A stretch of DNA of 53,833 nt. Origin: a virus. Its lineage: Duplodnaviria > Caudoviricetes. The notes below the pieces were generated by a model that saw only the letters and a list, made by a program, of their open reading frames with translations, searched no databases and was not told where the DNA came from. A program made the position numbers and the translations under genes. This document shows positions 7,831-17,678 of this stretch, piece after piece (the first letter of the stretch is position 1; the number at the start of each line of letters is the position of its first letter). The stretch spans positions 1 to 53,833 of the IMG/VR virus record IMGVR_UViG_3300029787_000065; one strand, 5' to 3'.

Positions 7831-9966
7831 ATGGCTGACGAATCTTTTCTAGACGACGAAGAGACAGAAGGGCTAATAGACCTTGGTGAGAACCGTGAAG
7901 ACTTTAACAGTATTATTGGTACTGTTAAGGCACGGTTTTCAGATGCAGAGACAGGACGTAGAAACGACGAAGATCGGTGGCTAAAAGCCTACAAGAACTA
8001 TCGTGGTATCTACGACTCTACTACGCAGTATCGTGATAACGAGCGTAGCCAAGTTTTTGTAAAGATAACAAAGACTAAAGTTCTTGCTGCGTATGGTCAA
8101 ATTATTGACATACTATTTGCTAACAGCAAGTTTCCTATCTCTGTTGAATCTACACCCATACCAGAGGGTATCGACAAGTTTGCCCACTTGTCTCAAGTTC
8201 CGATAGAAGAAAGACAGCCAGAACAAACTGATCTTTTTGGTTTTGAAGGTGACGGTAGAGAACTTCTTCCAGGTGCCACACAAGCTACAGAGATGCAGCA
8301 AGGTCCACAAGGACCAACAGCAGCAATGCTTAGTGGTCTTGAAGAGAAGTATGCTGGTGCCAACTTAGCTTCTGGTCCTTCTCGCGCAGGAGAACCACAA
8401 ATTAGTCCTGCAGCAGAAACAGCACGTAACATGGAAACGTGCATACAGGACCAGCTACTAGATACCAACGCCGTTACTGTACTACGTCACGCTATTTTTG
8501 AATGTGCGCTTCTTGGCACAGGAATTATAAAAGGTCCATTTAATTACAACAAAACAGTACACAATTGGCAGAGCGGTGAATACTCTCCCGAAAACAAAGT
8601 TGTGCCTCGCGTAGAAGCAGTAAGTTGTTGGGACTTTTATCCTGACCCAAGTGCTACAAGTTTAGGAGATGCAGATTACGTCATTCAACGGCACCGTATG
8701 AATAGAGAACAGATACGTGATCTAGGTAATCGCCCCTTCTTTAACGAAGAAGCAATAGAAAATGTTTTACAAGGTGGACCTAACTATGAAGAAAAATATT
8801 ATGAAAGCACTCTCTATGCTAGTGACGATGATCCTAACTATCAAGGACGCCGTTTTGAAGTATACGAGTATTGGGGTGCGATGGACGCTAAGTTTGCTGA
8901 AGAGCTTGGTATCGAAGCTCCGAAAGAAATTCAGCAAGGCGATGCCGTCCAAGTAAACATATGGATATCTGGTAACGAGATACTACGGTTCGTAGCCAAT
9001 CCGTTTATACCTGCACGTATACCCTTCCAAGCTTTCCCGTATGAACTTAACCCCTATCAGTTGTTTGGTGTAGGCGTAGCAGAGAACATGGAAGATAGCC
9101 AGATGCTGATGAATGGTCACATTCGTATGGCTATCGACAACCTCGCATTGGCAGGTAATCTTGTGTTTGACATAGACGAAACACAGCTTGTTCCTGGTCA
9201 AACAATGGACGTATATCCAGGCAAGATATTTAGGCGGCAGTCTGGTGTTACAGGAACAGCCGTGAACGGCATTAAGTTTCCCAGCACTGCAGTAGAGAAC
9301 GTGCAGATGTTTGACAAGGCAAGGCAACTTGCTGACGAGCAGACAGGCATACCATCTATTATACATGGTCAGACTGGTGTTACAGGAACAGGACGAACTG
9401 CTGCTGGACTAAGCATGTTGATGTCTAGTGCAGGACTTAGCGTAAAGACTGTTATCAAGAACATTGATGACTTTCTTCTTAAACCACTAGGAGAAGCTTT
9501 CTTTCAGTGGAACATGCAGTTTAACGACAAGACACCAGAGATGATTGGTGATCTAGAAATTAAACCAAAAGGAACCAGCGCAGTAATACAAAAGGAAGTA
9601 CGCACCCAACGATTAACAGCTTTGCTCCAGACAGTTGCGAATCCGATGCTGGCACCGTTTATAAAAATACCAAACCTGATTCGAGAGCTTGCAATAAGTC
9701 AAGATATCGAACCAGACTTACTAGTAAACGATATAAACGATGCTGCAATTTTTGCAGAAGTATTAAAAGGACTCATGCCTAATGATCAACAAGGAGCAAG
9801 CCCAGAAGCTGCTGCCTCTGGCCAACAGCAACCTGGAATGGCAGGGGCTGGAAAGTTACCTCAAGGAAATGGCCCAAATGATGACACGGCAGTTGGTGGT
9901 GGTGGAATCGGAATTGGAACTGCGCCGTCTCCAGGGCAAGCTGGATTTACTGGGAACCTTAATTAA
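7831..9966 (+). CDS. portal protein
   Basis: 711 aa after TerL; VFVKITKTKVLAAY, DFYPDP, GVGVAENM, TRT/GRTAAGLSML patterns typical of podovirus portals. Confidence 0.9.
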   Translation: MADESFLDDEETEGLIDLGENREDFNSIIGTVKARFSDAETGRRNDEDRWLKAYKNYRGIYDSTTQYRDNERSQVFVKITKTKVLAAYGQIIDILFANSKFPISVESTPIPEGIDKFAHLSQVPIEERQPEQTDLFGFEGDGRELLPGATQATEMQQGPQGPTAAMLSGLEEKYAGANLASGPSRAGEPQISPAAETARNMETCIQDQLLDTNAVTVLRHAIFECALLGTGIIKGPFNYNKTVHNWQSGEYSPENKVVPRVEAVSCWDFYPDPSATSLGDADYVIQRHRMNREQIRDLGNRPFFNEEAIENVLQGGPNYEEKYYESTLYASDDDPNYQGRRFEVYEYWGAMDAKFAEELGIEAPKEIQQGDAVQVNIWISGNEILRFVANPFIPARIPFQAFPYELNPYQLFGVGVAENMEDSQMLMNGHIRMAIDNLALAGNLVFDIDETQLVPGQTMDVYPGKIFRRQSGVTGTAVNGIKFPSTAVENVQMFDKARQLADEQTGIPSIIHGQTGVTGTGRTAAGLSMLMSSAGLSVKTVIKNIDDFLLKPLGEAFFQWNMQFNDKTPEMIGDLEIKPKGTSAVIQKEVRTQRLTALLQTVANPMLAPFIKIPNLIRELAISQDIEPDLLVNDINDAAIFAEVLKGLMPNDQQGASPEAAASGQQQPGMAGAGKLPQGNGPNDDTAVGGGGIGIGTAPSPGQAGFTGNLN

Positions 9967-10042
9967 CCTAAAGGATGCTACACAAGCTACCATAAAGGCA
10001 CATAAAGATGGCAACACTAGAGGAAATCGCTCAACAATTTGA
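9782..10042 (+). CDS. small helical protein downstream of portal (Bbp19-like), overlapping portal 3' end
   Basis: W..L..YL...and LRRLQGK motif; position typical for this small gene class. Confidence 0.65.
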   Translation: MINKEQAQKLLPLANSNLEWQGLESYLKEMAQMMTRQLVVVESELELRRLQGKLDLLGTLINLKDATQATIKAHKDGNTRGNRSTI

Positions 10043-12893
10043 AGACGCACTAGGAGAGTCTACAGGTACAACTATTGAACCTGGAACAATAACTCCACAA
10101 GGTATTATGTCTCCTGTTTCTAGTAAGAAAAAACTTTCTTGGCCTGAAATTGTTGAAAAAATAAATGAAGGAGTAGGCGTTCGCCAGAACGAACTATTGC
10201 CTGAAGTTCCTAAAGGTGTTTCCGCACAAAAATTTTATCGCACTGCAGCACAAGCAGGTTTGTTACCCAGCGGTGTTAACACATTTACATCTGCTCCATT
10301 TGGTTCGTTTCAAGGACGTATGAATACAGTAACGGGAGAAACAACGCCATCAGAAGAGTCTTCTTTGTCTGCTCCTGAATCTGTAATAGAAACACAATAT
10401 AGAAGAAGGGCAGAAAGTTCTTCCGATGATTATGAGGGTGTCATTGACCCAGGAGAGTATCTTGATCCGTTAGTTAACCCTAATTTTAATTTTGGTACTA
10501 TTCTTGGATTAATTACATCTCCTGTTTCAACAATGATAGGTTTACACAATTCTCCAAATACTTTTGATAGTTTAGGAACATACAATCAAGACCAAATAAA
10601 TAGAATGGTATCAGAGGGCAGAATAACCTCACAACAAGTAGCACAATTAAATAGAGGTATCACTCACACAACTGCTGATGGAAGACCTAGAGATTCAAAG
10701 ACAGGGAAACCGATATCAGTAGCAGAATATTATAAACAACAACAAGAAAGAAATAAAGATAGCCTTATCAATAAAGTTCTTAATTTATTTACTAATGGTG
10801 ACAAATCAGAAGAACCAGGGACAAATATGTTTGGTCAAACTGCTCTTACGCAAAATCAAGTAAATGAAATACAGTCACGTTATCAAGCACTGACAGAAGC
10901 AGATTACCCTGGTACACAAACAGACACAGCACCTGCTGATACTCCTGCACCAGATACAAGAACTGATGAACAAAAAGGTCAAGACCAAGTGTATGGTGGC
11001 GGTGACGGCGGCACTAGCGACGACAGTGCCGAAGATACCTTTAGCGATGACGGCCTGGGTTGGGGATTTCAAGAAGGCGGTCAAGTACCACAGGGTGCAG
11101 AAGCCGATATGTCCAACCTTGGCATGATCAACGAACAGGCAGCGCAGCCACAACAAGGCGGTGCAGTATCTGTGAAGGACGACATACCACGCGAAGCTGA
11201 TGAGGGTGACTACATTCTGCCCTACGAAACAGTATTACTAGTTGGTCTAAAAGACCTTAACCGTTACGCTAAAGAAGCTATTGATCTAGCAATGAAGAAC
11301 GGTGTTAATCTTAAAGGCACAGACCTAGACCCTAGCGATGATGTACCAATTAAAGTAAGTAACTATGAATACCACATTCCTAAAATTCTTGTACCGTTCT
11401 TTGGCGGCGGCAAAAAATATCTTGATAAAATTAGGCAAGAAGGTCTTGATCTACGCACACGCCTTGAAGAAGAAAAGCAACCATCTATGCAGGAGCAGCA
11501 GCCTATGGCTGAAGCAGTACCTGCACCAGCACCAGAACAAGCGGCTCCAGCACCCCAAGCACCAATGATGCAACAAGGCGGGTTTGTAGATGATCCGCAA
11601 AAGAAACAAATGCAAACAAGTGCCGCAGTGTTAGAAGCTGATGCGTCACAACAATCACCTTCTGCTTACAATCAGATGCAAGCTCTTGAGCGCACACGTA
11701 GGCAAGCACAACAACCGCCAATGGTTGACCCAATGGGCCGTGTTGTACAACAAGGTTTTGCTGCACCACAGGGGTACGCTGATGGAGATGAAGTAAAACA
11801 AGAAACAATGCCACCTTGGGCTAGTCGTGCGTTAGACCCTAAAACTCCTGTTCTTAGAGATGAAGCTACAGGTGATATTAAAACTGTTCGCACAATGAGT
11901 ATTAATTATAAAGGAAAAGAAATTTTATTTCCAACAATAAGAATGAAAGGTAAAGAATTAGTACAACTGAGCGAAGACGAAGCTTTTGCAGAGGCACTAA
12001 AGAAAAAAGATTATATGTCTTTTGACACACCCGATCAAGCAACAAAATGGTCTAAAAACTTTTCTCAAACTGTCAATAATTTAAGAGGTGTGCAACAAGG
12101 TTTTGCAAACGGAACTGAGCCAGGAGGAATGAAGCTAGTTAAGCCGTTTGAACTTGAACAATCAATACTAGACGCTTCTAAAAAAAAAGACACTAGTCTA
12201 CCAGAAGAACCAGAGGTAGATGAATCAGGATTTGCTTCTAAAAGCGTACCCGCTCCTATCGAAGAACCAGAGGATGAAACAGTAATAGAAACTTCGGAAG
12301 TTACTTTTGATCCTAGCATGTTTCAAGTTAATCAAACAAAAAAATCTTCTCCTGGTAAAGGACCATTAACAGACGAAGAATTTATTTCTTTAAAAGAAGA
12401 CGTTTCTAAATTACAACAATATTCTACTTTAGAATTACTAGCTCTTGCAGGTATGGCTGAAGCAAGAGGAGATAAAAGAGATGGTATCCGAGGTGCAATG
12501 AATGTCATTAATAATAGGCTAAAACATCCTAAACGTTTCGGTAAAACTCTTAGAGAAATAATATTTAAAAGATATCAGTTTGAGGCTATTCCTAATACAA
12601 CTAGTAAAGATCAAGTTAGCAGAGCTATCTACAATAATTTTAAAAATGTCATTAATATAAAACAAGGTGATAAAACTTTTTTACAATCATTAAAAGATGG
12701 TAGAGATATCTTGTTAAAGAGAGCAAAAGACAACACTTTTGGAGCAGTCTACTTTGCAAATCTTAGTAAATTAAAAACAATTCCAAAACATTTAAAAGGT
12801 AGAGAACCTACAGTAAAAATTGGAAGCACTTCATTCTTTGGTATCGAACCAATTGAAAAGAATGATGGTGGTTTTGTAGATAGGGCAGCGTAA
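10008..12893 (+). CDS. multidomain virion protein with C-terminal SleB/Hydrolase_2 cell-wall hydrolase domain
   Basis: LALAGMAEARG..NVINNR..YQFE..GAVYF..KIGSTSFF; internal DDIP..EGDYILP module and repeated xxGGxV motifs. Confidence 0.8.
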   Translation: MATLEEIAQQFEDALGESTGTTIEPGTITPQGIMSPVSSKKKLSWPEIVEKINEGVGVRQNELLPEVPKGVSAQKFYRTAAQAGLLPSGVNTFTSAPFGSFQGRMNTVTGETTPSEESSLSAPESVIETQYRRRAESSSDDYEGVIDPGEYLDPLVNPNFNFGTILGLITSPVSTMIGLHNSPNTFDSLGTYNQDQINRMVSEGRITSQQVAQLNRGITHTTADGRPRDSKTGKPISVAEYYKQQQERNKDSLINKVLNLFTNGDKSEEPGTNMFGQTALTQNQVNEIQSRYQALTEADYPGTQTDTAPADTPAPDTRTDEQKGQDQVYGGGDGGTSDDSAEDTFSDDGLGWGFQEGGQVPQGAEADMSNLGMINEQAAQPQQGGAVSVKDDIPREADEGDYILPYETVLLVGLKDLNRYAKEAIDLAMKNGVNLKGTDLDPSDDVPIKVSNYEYHIPKILVPFFGGGKKYLDKIRQEGLDLRTRLEEEKQPSMQEQQPMAEAVPAPAPEQAAPAPQAPMMQQGGFVDDPQKKQMQTSAAVLEADASQQSPSAYNQMQALERTRRQAQQPPMVDPMGRVVQQGFAAPQGYADGDEVKQETMPPWASRALDPKTPVLRDEATGDIKTVRTMSINYKGKEILFPTIRMKGKELVQLSEDEAFAEALKKKDYMSFDTPDQATKWSKNFSQTVNNLRGVQQGFANGTEPGGMKLVKPFELEQSILDASKKKDTSLPEEPEVDESGFASKSVPAPIEEPEDETVIETSEVTFDPSMFQVNQTKKSSPGKGPLTDEEFISLKEDVSKLQQYSTLELLALAGMAEARGDKRDGIRGAMNVINNRLKHPKRFGKTLREIIFKRYQFEAIPNTTSKDQVSRAIYNNFKNVINIKQGDKTFLQSLKDGRDILLKRAKDNTFGAVYFANLSKLKTIPKHLKGREPTVKIGSTSFFGIEPIEKNDGGFVDRAA

Positions 12894-13375
12894 TGGAAAT
12901 ACGTGGACAGTTCATAGAATACATTAAATGTGTTGAAAACGGCGGTAAAGCTGGTTTTCAAGATGGTACATGGTATCCACACAAATCACCAGAAGGCGGT
13001 AACGATACTATTGGTTACGGACACAAACTACTTGATAGCGAAACTTGGATGCAAGAAGGCGTTAGTGACGACGAAATAGAGAAGCTACTAATACACGATA
13101 TATTAAATGCTTGCGATGGAGCTAGTAAGGTTATCTCTGAATATGCCAGTGATAACTTTGACAGCCTTCCGCAAGCCTGTAAAGAAATGTTTACTGATTT
13201 TGTTTTTAACCTTGGTGCAAATGGACTGCGTAAGTTTCCTAAGTTTGTAGCTGCAGTTATAGATAACGACACGGAAACAATGCACAAGGAATATAAGAGA
13301 TACTATCGCAATGGTTATGGCGAAGTAAAAGAATTGGAACATCGTAATTCTGAATTTTATCAGATGTTCCTTTAA
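12893..13375 (+). CDS. T4-like lysozyme (endolysin or virion muramidase)
   Basis: E..(VENG), TIGYGHKL, FNLG..GLRKFPKF motifs of phage lysozymes. Confidence 0.85.
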   Translation: MEIRGQFIEYIKCVENGGKAGFQDGTWYPHKSPEGGNDTIGYGHKLLDSETWMQEGVSDDEIEKLLIHDILNACDGASKVISEYASDNFDSLPQACKEMFTDFVFNLGANGLRKFPKFVAAVIDNDTETMHKEYKRYYRNGYGEVKELEHRNSEFYQMFL

Positions 13376-13377
13376 AC

Positions 13378-13500
13378 CAATGGCTACCCAATTAACAAGG
13401 TGTTGTTTGGCCCCATTGCTAACCTACCGTAGGCTACCCGTATGCTAGTAACTTTTTGGATGAACTTTTTTAATTTATCCTGGTTCAGTACGGCCCCACG
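13378..13500 (+). promoter_or_regulatory. tandem RNA hairpins sharing a GG-CUAC-CC / GG-CC-CC internal loop in the scaffold leader
   Basis: Two copies (13378-13418, 13428-13500) with different but complementary flanking helices; ends 3 nt before GAGAGG RBS. Confidence 0.7.
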
Positions 13501-13514
13501 AAAGAGAGGTAAAG

Positions 13515-14420
13515 ATGACTGTACGTAATGATGATATAGCTTTAGAAGAGGAGTACAACGAAGAACTTGAGCCTACCCCATACGAGAATCAGTATAGGAA
13601 TAGCTTAGATGAACCAGACGATGACGAGGTGGAAGACCCAATTGATATGGCTACTCCGAAACCTAAAAAGCAGGGTCTGGTAGATAGACAAGGTAATGCT
13701 GAAAATGAACATGACTATAAAAAACGTTATGGTGATTTAAAGAAGCATTACGACAACAAACTAAACGAATGGAAACAGCAACAAGAACTTCTTGAAGCCC
13801 AACTTTCGATGGCAGAAAAATCTAATGAATTACCAGTGCTGCCCAAGACAGAGGAAGAGTTGACAGAGTTCCGTGAAAAGTATCCAGATGTTTACGATGT
13901 TGTTGAAACTATCTCAGCTTTGAAGGCAAGTGATCGAGTCAAAGATATTGAGTCACGCTTAGAAGACCTTAAAATTAAAGAGCAAGAAGCTGTTGTGCAA
14001 ACTGCAGAACAAGAACTTCTAACAATGCACTCTGATTTTGGTAATCTAAAAGGTAGTGATGATTTTCTTAACTGGCTTGACGAACAACCTTCTACTATTT
14101 CAGATGGTATCTATAAAAATAATACTGATGCTAAATGGGCCGCAAGAGTTATTGACTTGTACAAAGCGGATAAAGGTATTTCCTCTAAAACGAGGTCAAA
14201 GAGGAGAGCTACTACAAAGAGTAATCAACAACAGCCTAAACGTAGTGCGGCTGAAGCAGTTACAAAAACGCAGCAACGGCGTTATATTGAAGAACTGCAA
14301 GACGACACAAAAGTTTGGACTATTGATGAAATCTCTAAACTAAAACCCCATGAATATGCTGCTCTTGAAAAGGACATAGACAAAGCAGCTAAAGATGGGC
14401 GAGTAGTAGATTCTCTATAA
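13515..14420 (+). CDS. capsid scaffolding protein
   Basis: Acidic, coiled-coil, directly before MCP; DYKKRYGDLKKH, FREKYPDVY, C-terminal IDKAAKDGRV. Confidence 0.85.
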   Translation: MTVRNDDIALEEEYNEELEPTPYENQYRNSLDEPDDDEVEDPIDMATPKPKKQGLVDRQGNAENEHDYKKRYGDLKKHYDNKLNEWKQQQELLEAQLSMAEKSNELPVLPKTEEELTEFREKYPDVYDVVETISALKASDRVKDIESRLEDLKIKEQEAVVQTAEQELLTMHSDFGNLKGSDDFLNWLDEQPSTISDGIYKNNTDAKWAARVIDLYKADKGISSKTRSKRRATTKSNQQQPKRSAAEAVTKTQQRRYIEELQDDTKVWTIDEISKLKPHEYAALEKDIDKAAKDGRVVDSL

Positions 14421-14454
14421 TAAACTAAAACCTTTTGTAAAAGGAGTATAAGCA

Positions 14455-15426
14455 ATGGCTTATGCAAGTGCTGCAGGATACGCAAACTTACCGTCAGGTA
14501 ATTTCGTACCTGTTATTTACAGTCAAAAGGTACTCAAATACTTTCGTAGGTCTTCGGTAGCGGAAGCTATTACCAACACCGATTACTCAGGAGAGATTGA
14601 GAACTTTGGTGACACCGTGAATATCATTAAAGAGCCGACCATTTCGGTTTCTTCGTATACTCGCGGTTCCACAGTTAACACGCAAGATTTGGCAGATGAC
14701 CAAATCCAGCTTGTAGTGGATCAGGGCAACTACTTTGCCTTTAAGGTAGATGACATTGAAGAGCGTCATTCTCACCTTAACTTTGAGTCACTGGCGACTT
14801 CTTCTGGTGCGTACACTCTGAAGAAGGCGTTTGACTTCAACATTCTTAACAACATTTACAGCAATGCTGCTACTAGCGCAGGTGACACGGGTACGGATTC
14901 GTCTCCTATCACTGGTTCTGGTACTGGTTCTGCTTGCACGGGTAACGAACTTGCCAATGCAATTAGTAGTGCTGCAAAGGTTATGGATGAAAACGATGTC
15001 CCTTATGAAAACCGTTGGTTGGTTGCCGACCCTGAGTTCTATGAAGTTCTGCGTCAAGCTGATGCAAAACTGATGGATTCCAGTGTTACTGGAGAAGCAG
15101 GTTCTGCGCTAATGAATGGTCTGGTAACGGATCGAATCATTCACGGCTTTAAACTGTATCAGACTAACGCTATCGTTAACGGTGGTGCTGGTGCAGCAGC
15201 GAGTCATACATTTTCATCGACCAATGGTGGTGAACACATCTTCCTGTATGGACACATGAGTGCTGTTGCTACGGCTTCTCACATTGCCAAAACGGAAGTT
15301 ATTCGTGACCCTGACAGCTTTGCTGATATTGTTCGTGGTCTTCATGTCTTCGGACGTAAAGTTCTGCGCGGTAGCGGCGACGGCTATAAGGGTGTGTTCT
15401 CTGGCGTTGTTGATCTTGGCTCGTAA
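14455..15426 (+). CDS. major capsid protein
   Basis: AAGGAG RBS; ITNTDYSGEIENFGDTVNIIKEP, DQGNYFAFKVDDIE, DIVRGLHVFGRKV motifs. Confidence 0.92.
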   Translation: MAYASAAGYANLPSGNFVPVIYSQKVLKYFRRSSVAEAITNTDYSGEIENFGDTVNIIKEPTISVSSYTRGSTVNTQDLADDQIQLVVDQGNYFAFKVDDIEERHSHLNFESLATSSGAYTLKKAFDFNILNNIYSNAATSAGDTGTDSSPITGSGTGSACTGNELANAISSAAKVMDENDVPYENRWLVADPEFYEVLRQADAKLMDSSVTGEAGSALMNGLVTDRIIHGFKLYQTNAIVNGGAGAAASHTFSSTNGGEHIFLYGHMSAVATASHIAKTEVIRDPDSFADIVRGLHVFGRKVLRGSGDGYKGVFSGVVDLGS

Positions 15427-15439
15427 GGGGGAATAAATC

Positions 15440-15916
15440 ATGGCTACTTATGATAGAACAGTTACTGGTGGTGGAACGGTAGGACATCCTTCCAGTGCCT
15501 CAGTACCTTATGTGATTACTTCTCCTGTATGGGACACTGCTGATGGTGGTGCAGGTGGGGACGTTATACAGTTAATCGACGTTCCTGCAGACAGCATGAT
15601 TGTTGCAGGTTGCCTAGAAGTCCTAGAAGCTAGGGGTAACGGCCAGATTACTATGGATATTGGTTTTACTGGCGGTGATGTAGACTGTTTTCTTGACGGT
15701 TCTGCTTGCGCTGCTGGTTTCTCACCATTCCTAGAAGCTGCTGTTGGAGCCTCTGGTTCTAATGCTCGTATGTTAACAAGTGCTGACACTATTGATGCTC
15801 TCATCCTAGATGGTGGTTCAAGTGGTGAATCTGCACTACGTTTTCGTATTCACGTAGTATTAGCAGATGTTTCTAGGAACCCTGTAGAATCAGCTACAGT
15901 TTCCTCTGGAACATAA
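15440..15916 (+). CDS. putative capsid decoration/minor capsid protein
   Basis: Directly after MCP, Gly/Ala/Thr-rich beta-type sequence, followed by terminator. Confidence 0.6.
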   Translation: MATYDRTVTGGGTVGHPSSASVPYVITSPVWDTADGGAGGDVIQLIDVPADSMIVAGCLEVLEARGNGQITMDIGFTGGDVDCFLDGSACAAGFSPFLEAAVGASGSNARMLTSADTIDALILDGGSSGESALRFRIHVVLADVSRNPVESATVSSGT

Positions 15917-15932
15917 TAACACATAACAGTTT

Positions 15933-15966
15933 TGTGGGGTTCTGTAAAAATCCCACACCTTTCTTG
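15933..15966 (+). terminator. putative terminator after capsid genes
   Basis: TGTGGGGTT / AATCCCACA stem followed by CCTTTCTT. Confidence 0.55.
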
Positions 15967-15998
15967 CTGTGTTCAATTATTTGTGAAAGGGTCATATT

Positions 15999-16637
15999 AT
16001 GTTTATACAGCTACTCAATAAAGAAGAAGCAGACTTCTGCTACAATAAAATTACTAAAGATACTTTTGGTGACGGTAACGAAACACAACCACTATCAGGT
16101 ATCAAAAAAAACAAAGAATCACAGAGTGTACCAGATGAAGTACGCAAACTGATTATTTCTAAAATGTACGACACACACTATATTGATACAGTGTATTGTC
16201 CCAACAGAGTTTCAGTAAATTATTACAATAAATACGAAGAAGGAGACTACTACAATCTTCATGTTGACAATTTTAAAGCAAGTCCAAAGTCCAATAATAT
16301 CTTCTTTGACTATGGTTTTTCTATTAATTTGGATGACAACTATGAGGGTGGAGAGATATTCTTTGAAACAGAGTTGGGCGTTATTTCTAGAAAATTGGAA
16401 ATGGGGCAAGCAGCTATTTTTCCTATTACGTATCCCCACGGTGTTACAAAAGTAACCTCTGGAGTCAGAACAAACATACTAGGTTGGATGTCTTCTAACA
16501 TTTCGTATCAACAATATTTTATACTAAAAAATTTATATGAAGTAAATCAATTTTTATCACAGAATAAAGAAGCACCGCAAATTTTTACCAAATCTGTTCT
16601 TGTACAGAATTACCTGAAGAAAGAATGGGGTAAATAG
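15999..16637 (+). CDS. 2OG-Fe(II) oxygenase, PKHD-type hydroxylase (PiuC/YbiX-like)
   Basis: HxD (HVDN), YEGGE, distal H (YPHGV), R (SGVR), GW, plus C-terminal helical extension ending in W. Confidence 0.88.
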   Translation: MFIQLLNKEEADFCYNKITKDTFGDGNETQPLSGIKKNKESQSVPDEVRKLIISKMYDTHYIDTVYCPNRVSVNYYNKYEEGDYYNLHVDNFKASPKSNNIFFDYGFSINLDDNYEGGEIFFETELGVISRKLEMGQAAIFPITYPHGVTKVTSGVRTNILGWMSSNISYQQYFILKNLYEVNQFLSQNKEAPQIFTKSVLVQNYLKKEWGK

Positions 16638-16659
16638 TTTTTAAAACGGAGAAATTATA

Positions 16660-17151
16660 ATGGCTACTTTAAGCCTGATTACACATTTTACTGTAGATAT
16701 ACCAGATGATGACTCGCACACCATCACTGGTGGCAGCACTACAGCAACAGATTCAATTACAATAACACATTACTTTGACAAGCGTTATTCTATTACTAAC
16801 AGCACTCTAGTAGAGGTATGGAATGACACTATGTTAGATGATTTTGATTTCTTGTGGGTTGAGTCAGATCAGGTTGTAGAGATACAGCTTATGTGTAATG
16901 AGGGCGGCACCGTTGCTGGCAGTAACCTAGAGAACGCATGGGTCGTTAAGTTACAAGCGGGTATTCCGTTCTGTCTTGCAGATGATCTTAGCCGTAACAG
17001 AGGTGACGTTGCTGGATCATTTAGTGAAGCAAACTATCTTGCAGAACAAGATACGTGGGAAACAAACTGGACTGCAGATACCATTGATCGCATTGAATGT
17101 TATAACTCTTCAGGTAGCACCGCTAACGTGCGTGTGTTTGCAGCAACATAA
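16660..17151 (+). CDS. hypothetical acidic (probably structural) protein
   Basis: GGAG RBS; 163 aa. Confidence 0.75.
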   Translation: MATLSLITHFTVDIPDDDSHTITGGSTTATDSITITHYFDKRYSITNSTLVEVWNDTMLDDFDFLWVESDQVVEIQLMCNEGGTVAGSNLENAWVVKLQAGIPFCLADDLSRNRGDVAGSFSEANYLAEQDTWETNWTADTIDRIECYNSSGSTANVRVFAAT

Positions 17152-17163
17152 AGGAATCTAACA

Positions 17164-17379
17164 ATGGCTATGAGTGAGAAGAATAAAAAACTTGCAAAGT
17201 TTGCTCCACCTTTTGATAAAATTACTCAAGCAGATATTATTACTGCAAAAACTGGTAAAGAGCAAAAAGCTATGGGCGGCGGCATGATCAAACCCAAGAA
17301 GATGATGGGCGGCGGCATGATGTATCGTGGACGTAAATATGCCTACGGGGGCAGGGTATCTAAATACGGTAAGGATTGA
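17164..17379 (+). CDS. small basic protein with three xxGG motifs
   Basis: AMGGGMI, MMGGGMM, YAYGGRV; AAGGA RBS. Confidence 0.75.
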   Translation: MAMSEKNKKLAKFAPPFDKITQADIITAKTGKEQKAMGGGMIKPKKMMGGGMMYRGRKYAYGGRVSKYGKD

Positions 17380-17678
17380 TGGCACGTAAACCTCAAAAAG
17401 CAATACCTAAAACTACTAGAGGTAAAGGAGCAAACTATCGCCCAACTAAAAAGGGTGCTGGTATGACAAAGAAAGGTATTGCTGCACACCGTAGAGCTAA
17501 TCCAGGGTCCAAGCTAAAAGGTGCTGTTACTGGTAAAGTTAAAGCAGGAAGTAAAGCAGCCAAGCGTAGAAAGAGTTATTGCGCTAGGTCTGCAGGTCAA
17601 CTGAAACGTAGCTCTGCTAAAACTAGAAATGATCCTAACTCTCGCATCAGGCAAGCTAGGCGAAGGTGGAAGTGTTAA
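17379..17678 (+). CDS. very basic small protein
   Basis: K/R-rich; RRKSYCARS and DPNSR..ARRRWKC; TGATG coupling. Confidence 0.78.
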   Translation: MARKPQKAIPKTTRGKGANYRPTKKGAGMTKKGIAAHRRANPGSKLKGAVTGKVKAGSKAAKRRKSYCARSAGQLKRSSAKTRNDPNSRIRQARRRWKC

